DNA of 64,000 bases from an uncultured cyanobacterium (GTDB lineage: Bacteria; Cyanobacteriota; Cyanobacteriia; Cyanobacteriales; Nostocaceae). A program made the translations under genes and the position numbers. Within the stretch, counting starts at the first letter, position 1. Each line of letters begins with the position of its first letter. Shown one piece after another: positions 40,412 to 51,737 of this stretch. The notes under the pieces were generated by a model. The model saw only the letters and a program-made list of their open reading frames with translations, searched no databases and was not told the origin of the DNA. Location of the stretch: positions 416,001 through 480,000 of the forward strand of contig OY970166.1 in NCBI GenBank assembly GCA_963706595.1, given 5' to 3'.

Positions 40412-42559
40412 ATGCCAAAACGTCTTTTAGTAGTTGAATCCCCCGGTAAAGTCAAGAAACTCAGTCAGATTTTGGGTACGGATTGGATTGTTCGTGCTAG
40501 TTGCGGTCACATCCGCGAACTGAGTAATGAGGGTGATGATTCTCTGGGATTCAATATTGATGGCGGCGTGGTAAAGTGTCATTATGTGCCGCGTGATCAA
40601 CGGGCAAAAGAAACTATCCAAAAACTTAAGTCTGCGGTCAAACAGGTTGATGAGGTGATTCTAGCAACTGACCCAGATAGAGAGGGAGAAACCATTGCTT
40701 GGCATCTCAAAGAAGTGCTGGGATTGAAAGAACCCAAACGTGTGGTTTATACAGAGATTACGGCATCGGCGGTGAAAAGTGCGATCGCTCATTCTAGAAA
40801 ACTTGATTTGAACTTGATAGGTGCGGGATTATGCAGAGATTGTCTAGATAAATTGGTGGGTTACAAAGGCAGTCCTCTGGTTTGGGCATTAAATAACGGT
40901 GCTAAAAGTGTTGGGAGAGTCCAAAGCGCTACATTACATTTAATTTGTCAACGAGAAAGGGAAATTCAAGCTTTTGTTCCCCAGGACTACTGGAATGTTT
41001 GGGTAGATTACGCAGAAGGATTTCGGGCTTTTTACAAAGGTACGGCTAATTCTCCCTCAGAGGTTCCACAGCCAGAAACAGAAACTAATGATGATGCAGC
41101 TACGGCTAATAGCAAAGAAAAACCAGAATCTAAACGTGTTTTATCGGAAGCTGAAGCGACACGATTAGTTGAAGAAGCCCGGCTTTATCCGCACAAAATT
41201 ATTCAGGTGGAAGGAAAAACCGTCAATCGTCAACCACCTCCCCCTTTTATTACTTCCACACTCCAACAAGCTGCCGGTTCCAAGCTGCGGTTGTCTCCAG
41301 ATAAAACGATGCAGGTTGCCCAAAAGCTTTATGAAGCTGGGTTAATCACATATATGCGAACCGATTCGGTGATGTTGAGTCCGGAATTTTGCGCTAGTGC
41401 GCGTCAATGGTTAGAGCAAAATGACCCGCAGAATGTCCCGCAGCAACTAGCCAAACATCGGAGTAGTAAATCGGCTCAAGAAGCCCATGAAGCTATCCGT
41501 CCTACAGATGTTTTTCGCCCCTCAGTGGAATTGCGCGCAGAATTGCCATCTGATGAGTTTAACTTGTATGTGATGATTTGGAAACGGGCGATCGCATCTC
41601 AATGTAAAGCCGCCCAACTCCGCAAAACTCAAATCATTACCCAGTCAGGAAACCTGTTATGGCAAGCTAGAGGACAGGTAATTGAGTTCTACGGTTACGC
41701 TCGTTACTGGAACAATCTCAGTAAAGATTCAGATTTACCTGCGGTAAAACAGGGACAGGTGCTGACGCTAGAAAATGCTGGACATGAGCAAAAGCAAACT
41801 CAGCCACCACCACGCTACAGCGAACCCAAGCTAGTACAGGTAATGGAACGCAAAGGTATTGGTCGCCCCAGTACCTACGCCCCCACTGTCGCCACGCTCA
41901 AAAAACGGGATTATGTGCAGTTAATCAAAGACAACCTACAGCCGACAGCTTTGGGGTTAGAGGTTGATGATTTTTTACAAAAGGCTTTACCCGATTTACT
42001 AGAGGCAGAATTTACAGCTAAGATGGAAGATGCTTTAGATGCGATCGCTGATGGAAAACAAGGTTGGCAGCAATATCTCAGTGGTTGGAATCAGGATTAT
42101 TTTATACCCGCATTATCCAAAGCCAAGACTCTGATTACAGGTGCATCAAATAATAAAGCGTTTCCCCAGCGTCAGTTTGAAGTTTCTAGAACTCGTTGCC
42201 CTGAGTGCAACAATTGTATGTCGAAAATTCCTAGCACTAAGGTAAAGAAGAAATATTTTCTTAAGTGTACCAGTGGCTGTGAAAATGTGGTCATGTTTTG
42301 GAGCGATCGCTCTAAATCTTGGTCAGCACCCTGCAATCAAGATAGTGAACAAAAGCCGCCAGCCAAGATAAGTTCACATCCCTGCCCTGTATGTAAAAAG
42401 CCTTTGGAAGAATACAGTTATACAAAGGATGGACAACAGAAAACAATGCTGCGATGTTCAAATCCTCAATCTCGCCAGGATAACAAACATAAGGATGTAG
42501 CTTACTTTAACACAGCCAAAGGGTGGTGGAGTCCAAAGTTCGGCGACTTAAAAAGCTAG
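40412..42559 (+). CDS. topA: Type IA DNA topoisomerase (accessory, TopA-like)
   Basis: VVESPGK, ATDPDREGE, GRVQS, ITYMRTD (catalytic Tyr), C-terminal Zn ribbons. Confidence 0.93.
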   Translation: MPKRLLVVESPGKVKKLSQILGTDWIVRASCGHIRELSNEGDDSLGFNIDGGVVKCHYVPRDQRAKETIQKLKSAVKQVDEVILATDPDREGETIAWHLKEVLGLKEPKRVVYTEITASAVKSAIAHSRKLDLNLIGAGLCRDCLDKLVGYKGSPLVWALNNGAKSVGRVQSATLHLICQREREIQAFVPQDYWNVWVDYAEGFRAFYKGTANSPSEVPQPETETNDDAATANSKEKPESKRVLSEAEATRLVEEARLYPHKIIQVEGKTVNRQPPPPFITSTLQQAAGSKLRLSPDKTMQVAQKLYEAGLITYMRTDSVMLSPEFCASARQWLEQNDPQNVPQQLAKHRSSKSAQEAHEAIRPTDVFRPSVELRAELPSDEFNLYVMIWKRAIASQCKAAQLRKTQIITQSGNLLWQARGQVIEFYGYARYWNNLSKDSDLPAVKQGQVLTLENAGHEQKQTQPPPRYSEPKLVQVMERKGIGRPSTYAPTVATLKKRDYVQLIKDNLQPTALGLEVDDFLQKALPDLLEAEFTAKMEDALDAIADGKQGWQQYLSGWNQDYFIPALSKAKTLITGASNNKAFPQRQFEVSRTRCPECNNCMSKIPSTKVKKKYFLKCTSGCENVVMFWSDRSKSWSAPCNQDSEQKPPAKISSHPCPVCKKPLEEYSYTKDGQQKTMLRCSNPQSRQDNKHKDVAYFNTAKGWWSPKFGDLKS

Positions 42560-42648
42560 ATATATAGAAAATAGTTGCTGAGAGTAATTATATTTATGAC
42601 TCTCTACGAGATAATAACAATGCTTAATGAAATAGCGATGTATTATCC

Positions 42649-43470
42649 ATGTCCTTCGACAATCTCTGCAAGCTGCTATCAGAAAAACACCCTGAAAAAT
42701 TCGCCAGTTGGGTATTAGGGACACCCCAAACAAGTGCTACAGTCCTAAAAACCGAATTGAGTATTGAACCCATCCGCGCCGATTACGTCACCTTTTTACA
42801 ACTAGAAGGCAGGATTTTACATTTAGAATTTCAAACCAAATTGGAATCTACACCACCCCTTCCTCTGCGAATGTTAGATTATTGGGTGCGGTTGTATCGG
42901 TTGTATCGCTTACCAATCACACAAGTGGTAGTCTTATTACTGCCCCCCAAAGATGATATTGAAATTCCTACAGCCTTTACAGTGGAAAATACTCGTCACG
43001 AATATCGGGTAATTAAGATGTGGGAGGAAAACCCGGAACCGTTTCTTCAAGACTCAGCCTTGTTACCTCTAGCATCGTTAACAGCCACAAATCAACCCCA
43101 AACCTTGCTAGAACAAATTGTGCAACGAGTCAACCAAGTGGAGACAACACAACGACCGGAAATTTCCGCTTACACCCAAATCTTGGCAGGGTTAAAATTT
43201 AAGAAGGATTTAATTAGAAGATTATTTCGGGAGGGTATGATGCGCGAGTCAGTAATTTACCAAGAAATTCTCGAAGAAGGCGAACAGCGTGGGGAACAGC
43301 GAGGACGAAATCTGGTTTTGCGTCAACTCACTCGCAAAGTGGGAGAATTACCCCCAGGGATGCGTAAACAATTTGAAACTCTGACTTTGGAACAATTGGA
43401 AAATCTGGGTGAGGCTTTATTGGACTTTACCAGTTTGTTAGATTTGGAGGCATGGTTAGTCAATAAATAA
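42649..43470 (+). CDS. Rpn family / DUF4351 protein, copy 2
   Basis: Near-identical to 39381-40241 except for a shorter EGRQ tract and C-terminal changes. Confidence 0.9.
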   Translation: MSFDNLCKLLSEKHPEKFASWVLGTPQTSATVLKTELSIEPIRADYVTFLQLEGRILHLEFQTKLESTPPLPLRMLDYWVRLYRLYRLPITQVVVLLLPPKDDIEIPTAFTVENTRHEYRVIKMWEENPEPFLQDSALLPLASLTATNQPQTLLEQIVQRVNQVETTQRPEISAYTQILAGLKFKKDLIRRLFREGMMRESVIYQEILEEGEQRGEQRGRNLVLRQLTRKVGELPPGMRKQFETLTLEQLENLGEALLDFTSLLDLEAWLVNK

Positions 43471-43538
43471 TTTGGTGTTGCTGAATTAAGTGATGAATTT
43501 ACCGATTCAAAAAAATTCAGCAACGCTGATAATTTTGG

Positions 43539-44807
43539 CTAAATCAGGTCTTGGAGAACTCCGCGAGTGTTTTTCCAAGCCCAAATACCAACAGTTGCTA
43601 CTACTATACTCATTCCTACCAAAACAGTTCGTAAGCCGAGAACATCTGTTAAAGGACCAGTAATCGCCAAGGGTGCAGATAAGGCAATATTGACGATATG
43701 ATTTTGAAAGCCAAATACTTTCCCGTGCATGGCGGGTGGTGTGTGCTGTTGAATTAAAGTTTGCATGGGTACGCCAATTAAAGCCGCACCTATGCCTAAA
43801 AAGGCACTTAGTCCTAAAGCTAGAATGAGATTATGGGTGAAAGTGAACACTCCTAAAACTAGGGACATAATTAAAAATCCCATCAGGGGTAAAGGCTTGT
43901 GATGCAATTTATCTCCCCAGTGTCCCAAAATTGCTGCCCCAAATACCATCCCTACTCCAGCTGCGGCTAAGAAAAAGCCAAATTGTTTTTCTTTTAAACC
44001 AAAGTCTGCGGCTAATCTAATCGTCAACACCATCAAGGCGGCAAACACACAGTATAAAGTGGTGAGTTGCAACATGGCATTTAATATCAAACGATTTTTA
44101 GTGAGGTAGCGCAAGCCTGCTTTAAAGTCAATCCAAGGATTAATTCTTGGACAGGAATCATCGCCAGATAATTTGTTTTCAGTACCGAAGTTAATCGGCT
44201 GTACGGCTAATCCAGAGAATAGGTATAGTACACCAACCACCACTTCTTGACCATAACCTGCTCCTAACCAAGATTTTGCTAAACTTAATATTGGCTCTCC
44301 AATGGCAAAACCGACAATTAACGCGCCCATCATTGTACTGCTATACACCGCATTAGCTGCCATAAAATTCTCTCGTTTCACTAAAACGGGAATAGCAGCC
44401 TGTTGAGCCGGAGTAAAAAACTGGGCTAAGGTGGAAATACCAAAAGTCAGCACCAATAACATGAAAAAATCCCTGGGTAAAAATGCCAGCAAGAGCATTA
44501 ATACAGTTTGAATGTAGTTGGAAACAGTTAAAACCAACTTTTTAGAGAAGCGGTCAACAAATATACCACCCGCAGAACCGAACAAAATTGCCGGTAATGT
44601 GAAAGACAGCATCAAAATTGAGTACATGGAGTTTTGAGCTAACCCCGCAGGCGGTTGATAATTCTCCAGTAGAGCAACCATTAACACAAAGAAAATTTTA
44701 TCTCCCAACTGGGAGAACAGCTGCCCAATCCACAGGAGCATAAAGCCACGATTTTTTAGCAGGGCGCTAAATCCGTTATTGACAGCAGCTGGTTCAGTGG
44801 GAAACAT
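43539..44807 (-). CDS. MFS transporter
   Basis: About 12 hydrophobic segments with GGIFVDRFSKK motif A. Confidence 0.9.
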   Translation of the reverse strand: MFPTEPAAVNNGFSALLKNRGFMLLWIGQLFSQLGDKIFFVLMVALLENYQPPAGLAQNSMYSILMLSFTLPAILFGSAGGIFVDRFSKKLVLTVSNYIQTVLMLLLAFLPRDFFMLLVLTFGISTLAQFFTPAQQAAIPVLVKRENFMAANAVYSSTMMGALIVGFAIGEPILSLAKSWLGAGYGQEVVVGVLYLFSGLAVQPINFGTENKLSGDDSCPRINPWIDFKAGLRYLTKNRLILNAMLQLTTLYCVFAALMVLTIRLAADFGLKEKQFGFFLAAAGVGMVFGAAILGHWGDKLHHKPLPLMGFLIMSLVLGVFTFTHNLILALGLSAFLGIGAALIGVPMQTLIQQHTPPAMHGKVFGFQNHIVNIALSAPLAITGPLTDVLGLRTVLVGMSIVVATVGIWAWKNTRGVLQDLI

Positions 44808-44815
44808 TTAGATAC

Positions 44816-44934
<119 letters not shown>

Positions 44935-45047
44935 TAAGGAAATTAATATTTTCTCTGATCCTCCTCATCTTCTGATGTTCATAATTTGGAATTTGGAATT
45001 TTGAATTGTTTAATCTTCACTCCTGCTGACTGATTCTGTTTTCCGGA

Positions 45048-45620
45048 CTAATTTTGTTCATAACGTTTTAGTAGTAGATGCAAAAATTCGGTTGCAGTCA
45101 GGCGAACTGGAGGTTGAGAAACTTCTACAGATGGATCTACCCACCAACCTTTGACTGTTTGGGGCGATCGCCATATTGATAAATGCTCAACTGCTGGTTC
45201 TGCGTAAAAATTATCATCTCCACCACCCAACAAGGAAGAACTCCAATGGGTGAAATAATCATGACTCATGCGATGTATGGGAAAGTTTCCCGCCAGTGGT
45301 ACTCCCCAGCCATCGATCGCAATAAAGGCTTTAATATTACCTCCTAAAAGTTGCCAGGAACAGGCTGCACCGATTGCGCCGACGACACCAGCACTAAAGC
45401 TAATGAATATCACTGGCGATTTTAGATCATTTTGCAAGCGATCGCTTAAAAACTGCAAAATATGAAGTGATGATAAAGCCAATAAACTGTCACCGGGAAA
45501 AATCAGGATTTCGCCCCAACTGTGGGCATTTAAGTTCTCAAACCCTGGAGATAAGCATTCTGATCTAAAGCTTTCAGTTAGCGCTGACTCATGAATTCCA
45601 GGACAAATAATTATACTCAT
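45048..45620 (-). CDS. Hypothetical alpha/beta-hydrolase-like protein
   Basis: SFSAGVVG nucleophile-elbow-like motif and IAIDGWGVP. Confidence 0.75.
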   Translation of the reverse strand: MSIIICPGIHESALTESFRSECLSPGFENLNAHSWGEILIFPGDSLLALSSLHILQFLSDRLQNDLKSPVIFISFSAGVVGAIGAACSWQLLGGNIKAFIAIDGWGVPLAGNFPIHRMSHDYFTHWSSSLLGGGDDNFYAEPAVEHLSIWRSPQTVKGWWVDPSVEVSQPPVRLTATEFLHLLLKRYEQN

Positions 45621-45999
45621 TAGTTTTCAGGACTAACAGTTTTCCCTTGTTCTATAACAACTTTTGTATTTAATCAGACATGGTTAACAGTAATTTAGAG
45701 TAAATACAGTGCCAACATAAATTTACTCAATTACTCAACCCTGCCTTATAGGATATATGAAAATTTCCCCGCAACACAAATTAAGATGTAAAATCCAAAT
45801 TACTCTCCAATTAATTTTTCAATACTCAGTAGCGAGTAATAACCCCAGTATGCCTTTTGATATATTATTGTTAATTTCGTAACGAACCTATCCCCCTGGA
45901 TGGGATAATAAACTACGAGTTAGCAGACAAATTGAGTTATTCCTTAACTTAATTAGTTCTCAACTCTGGTTTATATAGATTTATATTGAGGAAATCATT

Positions 46000-47118
46000 G
46001 TGGTTGCCACCCCAGAAAAACAGCAACACACTCACGAGCAGTTATCAGGTAAAGACAGAGTTGCCGTCTTGCTGATGGGCTACGGTGAAGTCGAAAGCTA
46101 TGAAGATTTTGCTAACTATAACGAACAGGCTTTAAATTTACTGACTGCCAAATTCGCACCAGTACCAACCTGGATTTATCCCCCTTTAGCAAAGCTATTG
46201 GCGTTATTTGACCGCCATGAATGGGGACATACGCACCATGATTTTATTTCCCCACACAATGCCATCTTTGAACAGCAACGCGCTGGTATAGAAAAGAACT
46301 TGCAAGCCAAATGGGGCGATCGCATCCAAGTATTCAAAGCCTTTAACTTCTGTGCGCCTTACCTACCGGATCAAGTTTTAGCAGAAATTAAAAACCAAGG
46401 CTTCGAGAAAATCCTGATTTACCCCTTATTGGTAGTTGATTCCATCTTTACCAGTGGAATTGCCGTTGAGCAAGTTAATAATGCTTTAGCTGAGATTCCT
46501 GATGGAGAAGAACATTGGGTAAAAGCACAGCGTTACATCCCCTCGTTCTATAACGAACCAGCCTACATTAATTTGATGGCTAATCTCGTTGAGGAGAAGA
46601 TTAGCGCCGAGATAGGTGCAGCATACCTACCTTCTCAAATCGGCATTATCTTGATGAATCATGGCTGTCCCCACAAAGCCAAAGGATTCACCTCTGGAAT
46701 TACCGAAAGTCAGACACTATATGATTTAGTCCGGGATAAGTTAATTAATCGTTATCCTTTAATTTCCGTGGGTTGGCTGAACCACGACACACCTTTAATT
46801 GAATGGACATTGCCAAACGCCGAACAAGCTGCTAATAACTTGATTCAATTGGGTGCAAAAGCCATCATCTTTATGCCCATTGGCTTTGCGACAGAAAACC
46901 ACGAAACTCTATTAGATGTACACCACATCATTCATGATTTGGCGAAAAAGCATCCCAATGTGAGTTATGTGCAAATGGCTTGTGTTAACGACAATCCAGA
47001 ATTTCTGGAAATGGCTGCTGAATGGGCAAATGATCATATTGCTAAGTTAATGAATCAGGAAGCTATGGCGGTTAATCCCCAGTTGGCGGGACATCACCAT
47101 CACCATCACCATCATTAG
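46000..47118 (+). CDS. hemH: Ferrochelatase-like protein with C-terminal His7
   Basis: VAVLLMGYG, NHG, W..P, PIGFATENHETL.D chelatase motifs. No CAB domain. Confidence 0.85.
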   Translation: MVATPEKQQHTHEQLSGKDRVAVLLMGYGEVESYEDFANYNEQALNLLTAKFAPVPTWIYPPLAKLLALFDRHEWGHTHHDFISPHNAIFEQQRAGIEKNLQAKWGDRIQVFKAFNFCAPYLPDQVLAEIKNQGFEKILIYPLLVVDSIFTSGIAVEQVNNALAEIPDGEEHWVKAQRYIPSFYNEPAYINLMANLVEEKISAEIGAAYLPSQIGIILMNHGCPHKAKGFTSGITESQTLYDLVRDKLINRYPLISVGWLNHDTPLIEWTLPNAEQAANNLIQLGAKAIIFMPIGFATENHETLLDVHHIIHDLAKKHPNVSYVQMACVNDNPEFLEMAAEWANDHIAKLMNQEAMAVNPQLAGHHHHHHHH

Positions 47119-47274
47119 GGAACACCAGAAAATAAATTATTCCATCTAGTGGGATGGGCATTCTGCCCGTCCTTGCTAAACTGTGTAGAGACGTTGTAAC
47201 GCCGCTACATTTTTTTTCACCAGATGTCTATTAGCTAACTTTCGTTTAGTGATCAGAAACCATTTTTTGATAAA

Positions 47275-48324
47275 GTGATGCTTTGTCGATCGCTGTTCAT
47301 CTCTATGTCCCTGGTATCACTGCCTCAATCGCTGCAAAAAGACCTACCCCTCACCGCTCTTGCGCCCATGCAGGATGTGACAAATCTCTGGTTTATGAAG
47401 GTTATTGCCCACTACGGCAGTCCTGACTACTTTTTCACGGAGTATTTCCGCGTCAATGATACCTCACGGCTCAATCGTAGCATTCTGTCAGCAATCACCG
47501 AAAACGACACTGGTCGCCCCGTTTTTGCTCAAATGATTGGCGAAAGCATTCCAGATTTAGTCAGAACAGCACAGGAACTCTGCGGCTATAATATTGCTGG
47601 AGTTGACTTGAACATGGGGTGTCCAGCACCGAGAATCTATCGCAAAAATGTTGGGGGTGGATTGCTGCTTTCACCAGAAAAAGTAGATCGGATTTTGGCA
47701 GAACTGCGACAGGTAGTCAATGATCGACCTTTGACTGTTAAGATGCGCTTAGGCTTTGAAAATACAGATACCTTTTACGAAATTCTAGATGTGATCAATC
47801 GCCACAGTATTGATTTGCTGAGTGTGCATGGTCGCACGGTCAAAGATATGTACCACGGGACAGTGAAATATGATTTGATTGCTCAAGCAGTCAGACGGGT
47901 CGATTGTCCAGTGCTGGCCAATGGCAATATCTACTCAGCGAAAACTGCTCTAGAAGTGCTTTCTCAAACGGGCGCGGCGGGTGTGATGGTGGGACGCTGG
48001 GCGATTGGGAATCCTTGGCTTTTTCATCAAATTCGGCAAGCTTTGCGCTTCGAGCCGATTACGCCGGTTCCTTTAGTGGAGGTACGCAACTATATTGATC
48101 GTTTATGGCAAACCCCAGCTGCCGCAACTATGCCTTCGCGAGCGCGCATCGGCTACCTCAAAAGATTCCTCAACTACATTGCTCTGAGTGTGGACGCTGA
48201 AGGTGAGTTTCTGCGACAGATGCGACAGACGCAAACCGAGGTAGAGCTGCTTAACCTGTGCGATCGCGTTCTCCTTGCTGAAGAAACAAAAACTTTAGCC
48301 CTCACACCCTACTCAGGCGTATAA
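47275..48324 (+). CDS. tRNA-dihydrouridine synthase family protein
   Basis: LAPMQD, DLNMGCP, VKMRLG, VHGRT, ANGNI. True start probably about 47305. Confidence 0.93.
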   Translation: MMLCRSLFISMSLVSLPQSLQKDLPLTALAPMQDVTNLWFMKVIAHYGSPDYFFTEYFRVNDTSRLNRSILSAITENDTGRPVFAQMIGESIPDLVRTAQELCGYNIAGVDLNMGCPAPRIYRKNVGGGLLLSPEKVDRILAELRQVVNDRPLTVKMRLGFENTDTFYEILDVINRHSIDLLSVHGRTVKDMYHGTVKYDLIAQAVRRVDCPVLANGNIYSAKTALEVLSQTGAAGVMVGRWAIGNPWLFHQIRQALRFEPITPVPLVEVRNYIDRLWQTPAAATMPSRARIGYLKRFLNYIALSVDAEGEFLRQMRQTQTEVELLNLCDRVLLAEETKTLALTPYSGV

Positions 48325-48396
48325 CTAGCTTCTGGCTTGACATCAGGTTTTCAGTCTGAGCGTAACTATCTCTACGATTGCTGATCAAACCTGACT

Positions 48397-48534
48397 GGAT
48401 TTCCTGGGACGCATTCTCAAGGTGAGACTTTGGATGAATTGCAGCAAAATTTACGTGAAGTTATTTAAATATTGCTTGAAGATACGGGATCTATTTTTGA
48501 GACAGAGTTTAGAGAAGTTGCTGAATTTTATTGA
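48397..48534 (+). pseudogene. hicB-like antitoxin remnant
   Basis: Reads GFPGTHSQGETLDELQQNLREVI*ILLED..ETEF, with an internal stop and no start. Confidence 0.7.
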
Positions 48535-48724
48535 CTGCATTGATAATCAGAGAAGATGTCTTTTCTATTTCTGCTTTGCTTGTAAATTTACCAATACCAA
48601 TTCTTAACGATCCTTCAATCAGATTTTGAGAAAGATTCATCGCTTGTAAAACGTGAGATGGCTCCCAAAAATCAAAACAAGACTATCCATGAGAGTTACA
48701 CTACATAGGTCTGTACCAAAAGCA

Positions 48725-48952
48725 TTACTTGTTTTTTAACTTACGCTTCATTTCTAAGTATTGCTGGAACGTGGAATCAGAAATGCACTCATCAATAAAC
48801 TTCTCCAGTTCATTCCTCATTGTGCTGTCAATAAATTGACAGTAATCCTTAAACAGTTCCCTCTTACCCTCTGGAAGATAGAAACCAAGATATTCTTGTC
48901 CTTGACGCTTCTCTGTCACAAACAAATTTTGCACATCATCAATACCCATCAT
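48725..48952 (-). CDS. Small protein, possibly ribbon-helix-helix DNA-binding
   Basis: LGFYLPEGKRELFKDYC...MRNELEKFIDE strand-helix-helix pattern. Start uncertain. Confidence 0.55.
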   Translation of the reverse strand: MMGIDDVQNLFVTEKRQGQEYLGFYLPEGKRELFKDYCQFIDSTMRNELEKFIDECISDSTFQQYLEMKRKLKNK

Positions 48953-49470
48953 AAAACGTGAAGTTTCACTATACATATTGTACCGTACATAATTGCGTAT
49001 GGTACAATGGGATATAAAATGAATTAATCCGACTTGACAATATTGAATTAGGTGAATTATGAATGACACGCTTTATACATGACAAATTTGCTAAAGACTA
49101 TCTCGAAGAAATACTCAAAGATTATGGAGAAGTCAAGTCATCAGAAAAAGTCTCAGGAGAGATTAAGGAAATAGATGTTTTATTCACTCCTGACAAACAG
49201 GAAAATTCTAATTTACAAATACTGGGTTTACTAGGAAGATTTGCTCAAAATCCTGCAATATTGGAACCATTTCGCAATCCAGCCTCTAACGATGAAATCT
49301 GCGACTGTATTCTCAAATTATTAGAAATCAAGGCTTGTTTGCGGCGAGAAGCTAAAGCAAATAAAACCAAACTTCAAGACTCAGAAATTCCCCAATTGTG
49401 GGTTCTGACACCTACCGTATCTGAAACTAGATTGTCTAGCTTTGGAACAAGGCAAAAAGAAGGTTGGTTA

Positions 49471-51054
49471 GGGACTTCCAAATAATAAATTACCCAAAAA
49501 ACTTAAGAGAAAATGTTTTTTGGAGAATGATAATCATTGCTAGGGGAAGAGAAAGTGCTTGCCGTCGGCAAGCACTTTCTCTGAAAAAATCAGCATGAAA
49601 AATATCTACACTCTAAGGGCTGTAGGGTGCAGTGAAAATCAATTTATCAAAGTAATAATTTAACTATTCCTTGACCAACATTAAGTTGGCGCGCAACAGA
49701 TATCAATAAACCACTTACCTAAATTCGGGAAGTGTTCAGAGTTAGAATTGGTGAGTCGCTCGATTTGTTTCTCAATTTCTGACATAGCTTGTTTAGTAAG
49801 CTTAACTCCGTTTTCGTAAGTTCGAGTTACTAATTTAACAAGAGGATGCTTACCTTTCCATGTCATATTTTGAGCAAAATTTAACGCCGTTTCTACTTCA
49901 TCCAAAATACTACCATTCCAATAGTTCTCTAGGACTGCCCAAGTTCTTTCAATTGGATTGTACTTACTATGATAGGGTGGATAATAAGCTAAACGTATGT
50001 TTAACTGATATTCCTGAGCAAACTCAATTATACGTTTCATGAACTGGGTACGTCGAGAACTGTTCTCTCCACCGTTATCTTGATTAAGAATAAGTGTTTT
50101 AATTAGAGGAAATCGCTTACTCTGTGTTTTCCAAAAGTCTACTAATACATCAACAATAAAATCACTCGTTACTTTGGATTCGGTAAAATATAAAAATAGC
50201 TCATCTAGTTCTGGAAGGAATATCCCATAAGGAGTCACAGTTGTTTTCGGATGATAATCATGGTCTTCAGTTTCAGTTGGAGTCCTGTTTTTACCACCTC
50301 GGTCAAAAGCGCCAATATTGACACGAGCTTTGGCATCAAGACTTAAACGTAAAATGCTCTTGTCATTCAAAGCCGATTGATTAACTATTGCTAATTGCTC
50401 AAAAATTGCATCCGTTTCGGGGATTTTTTTTGAGGAAGTACTTTTGCTACCCGTTTAAGTCGATAACCTAAATAATTCAATTTGATGCGAATTGTTTCTG
50501 ATGTGGGTAATTCTTCATCACTATAACTAAATTTCTCTATCAACAGCTTTCTTACTTGACTTGCTGTGAGGCGTGTATATAGTCTTTGGCTTTTAAAACT
50601 TGGGTCAGTTTGGCTTTGGGAATCAACTAATTTTTTGATATCCTCTAAAAGGTTTGGTAAATGTTCTTCTGCTTTGTAACGCCCTTTCGCCGAATAATTA
50701 TCGATACAGGTCATCCCACTAGTTAATTCTTTAATACCTTTGCGAATAGTTTTTCTATCCCATCCTAATTCTTTTTGAGCTAGTAGTTGTCCTCCGTAGC
50801 CTAAAGACATCACAGTTTGCGCTTGGAAACGCCGTCTGGCTGCACCTTTCAATTGAGTTGCTGTTTCTTTAAGCAAACTTGAGAGCGAATCAGTTAATTC
50901 AATTGACACTCTTAGCTCCTCGAAAAATTGTACCTAACATCATTGAATTTACTACAAAAAGGGAAGTCAGGGCTACCGAACGGTAGCCCTGACTTCTCCC
51001 CTCTACAATGATTATCATTATTAGTAGTTGGGGATTTTATTCCTTGGAAGTCCC
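49471..51054 (-). mobile_element. ISAzo13 family insertion sequence
   Basis: TIRs GGGACTTCCAA / TTGGAAGTCCC, TTA duplicated at 49468-49470 and 51055-51057. Confidence 0.92.
49681..50909 (-). CDS. ISAzo13 transposase in two ORFs joined at an A8 slippery site
   Basis: ORFs 50391-50909 and 49681-50370 (SLDAK, DNGGEN, YPPYHSKYNPIE). CAAAAAAAATCCCC at about 50421-50434. Confidence 0.88.
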
Positions 51055-51737
51055 TTATCGGGAGTACATTTTCTACCAGATGCTTTGCGAACAGCAATTG
51101 TGGCGATACATCAACTACCGCAAACGCCGGAAACATTATGGTTAAGACTTTTGGGTAGAGGAAATGTACAATCACAAGCGATTATAGAGTTGCAGGCGTT
51201 ACCATTAAATCATCCATACCAGAAAGCAACTTTAGAATTAGTTTACAACTTGCGTGAAAACTTGAAAGTAAATCAAGAATTAGAAGCAGATGATAGGGAG
51301 TTAGTTATGCGATTAGAACCACTGTATCAAAGAGACAGAGAACAAGCTGTACAGTCAGGAGAACAACGTTTAGTTCTACGCTTACTCAATCGCCGTATTG
51401 GGGAAATTAATGAATCATTAATCGAGAAAATTAAAGGATTATCCATTGAACAATTAGAAAATCTAGGAGAAGCTTTACTAGATTTTTCTAGTGTGGGTGA
51501 TTTAGAAACTTGGTTAAACCAACAACAAAGATAAAACTTAATCAGGAGAGTAATTCATAACCTAGTCGGGGATCAATTCTCCGACTATTTTAAACAAATT
51601 GTGTTAGTATGATTTTGTTGTTAATCATACCAAAATAATCTAAATGCTAGTTTGTTATCACAGCATTTCTATGGACTAAAATAATTCAACCCGATTAAAG
51701 CAGTAATAAGATTTATTCTTAGAGGAAAATTACCATA

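Larger units (their letters stand above)
49063..51534 (+). pseudogene. DUF4351/Rpn-like gene disrupted by an IS
   Basis: Removing the IS rejoins ...KEGWL|SGVHFLP... in frame; DUF4351 tail LENLGEALLDF. Confidence 0.9.

Noticed and set aside
45887..45935. CCTATCC-CCCT-GGATGGG palindrome before the ferrochelatase as another regulon site
   Set aside because: It resembles the motif but has no -10 at the conserved 19-nt spacing, so it was not counted.
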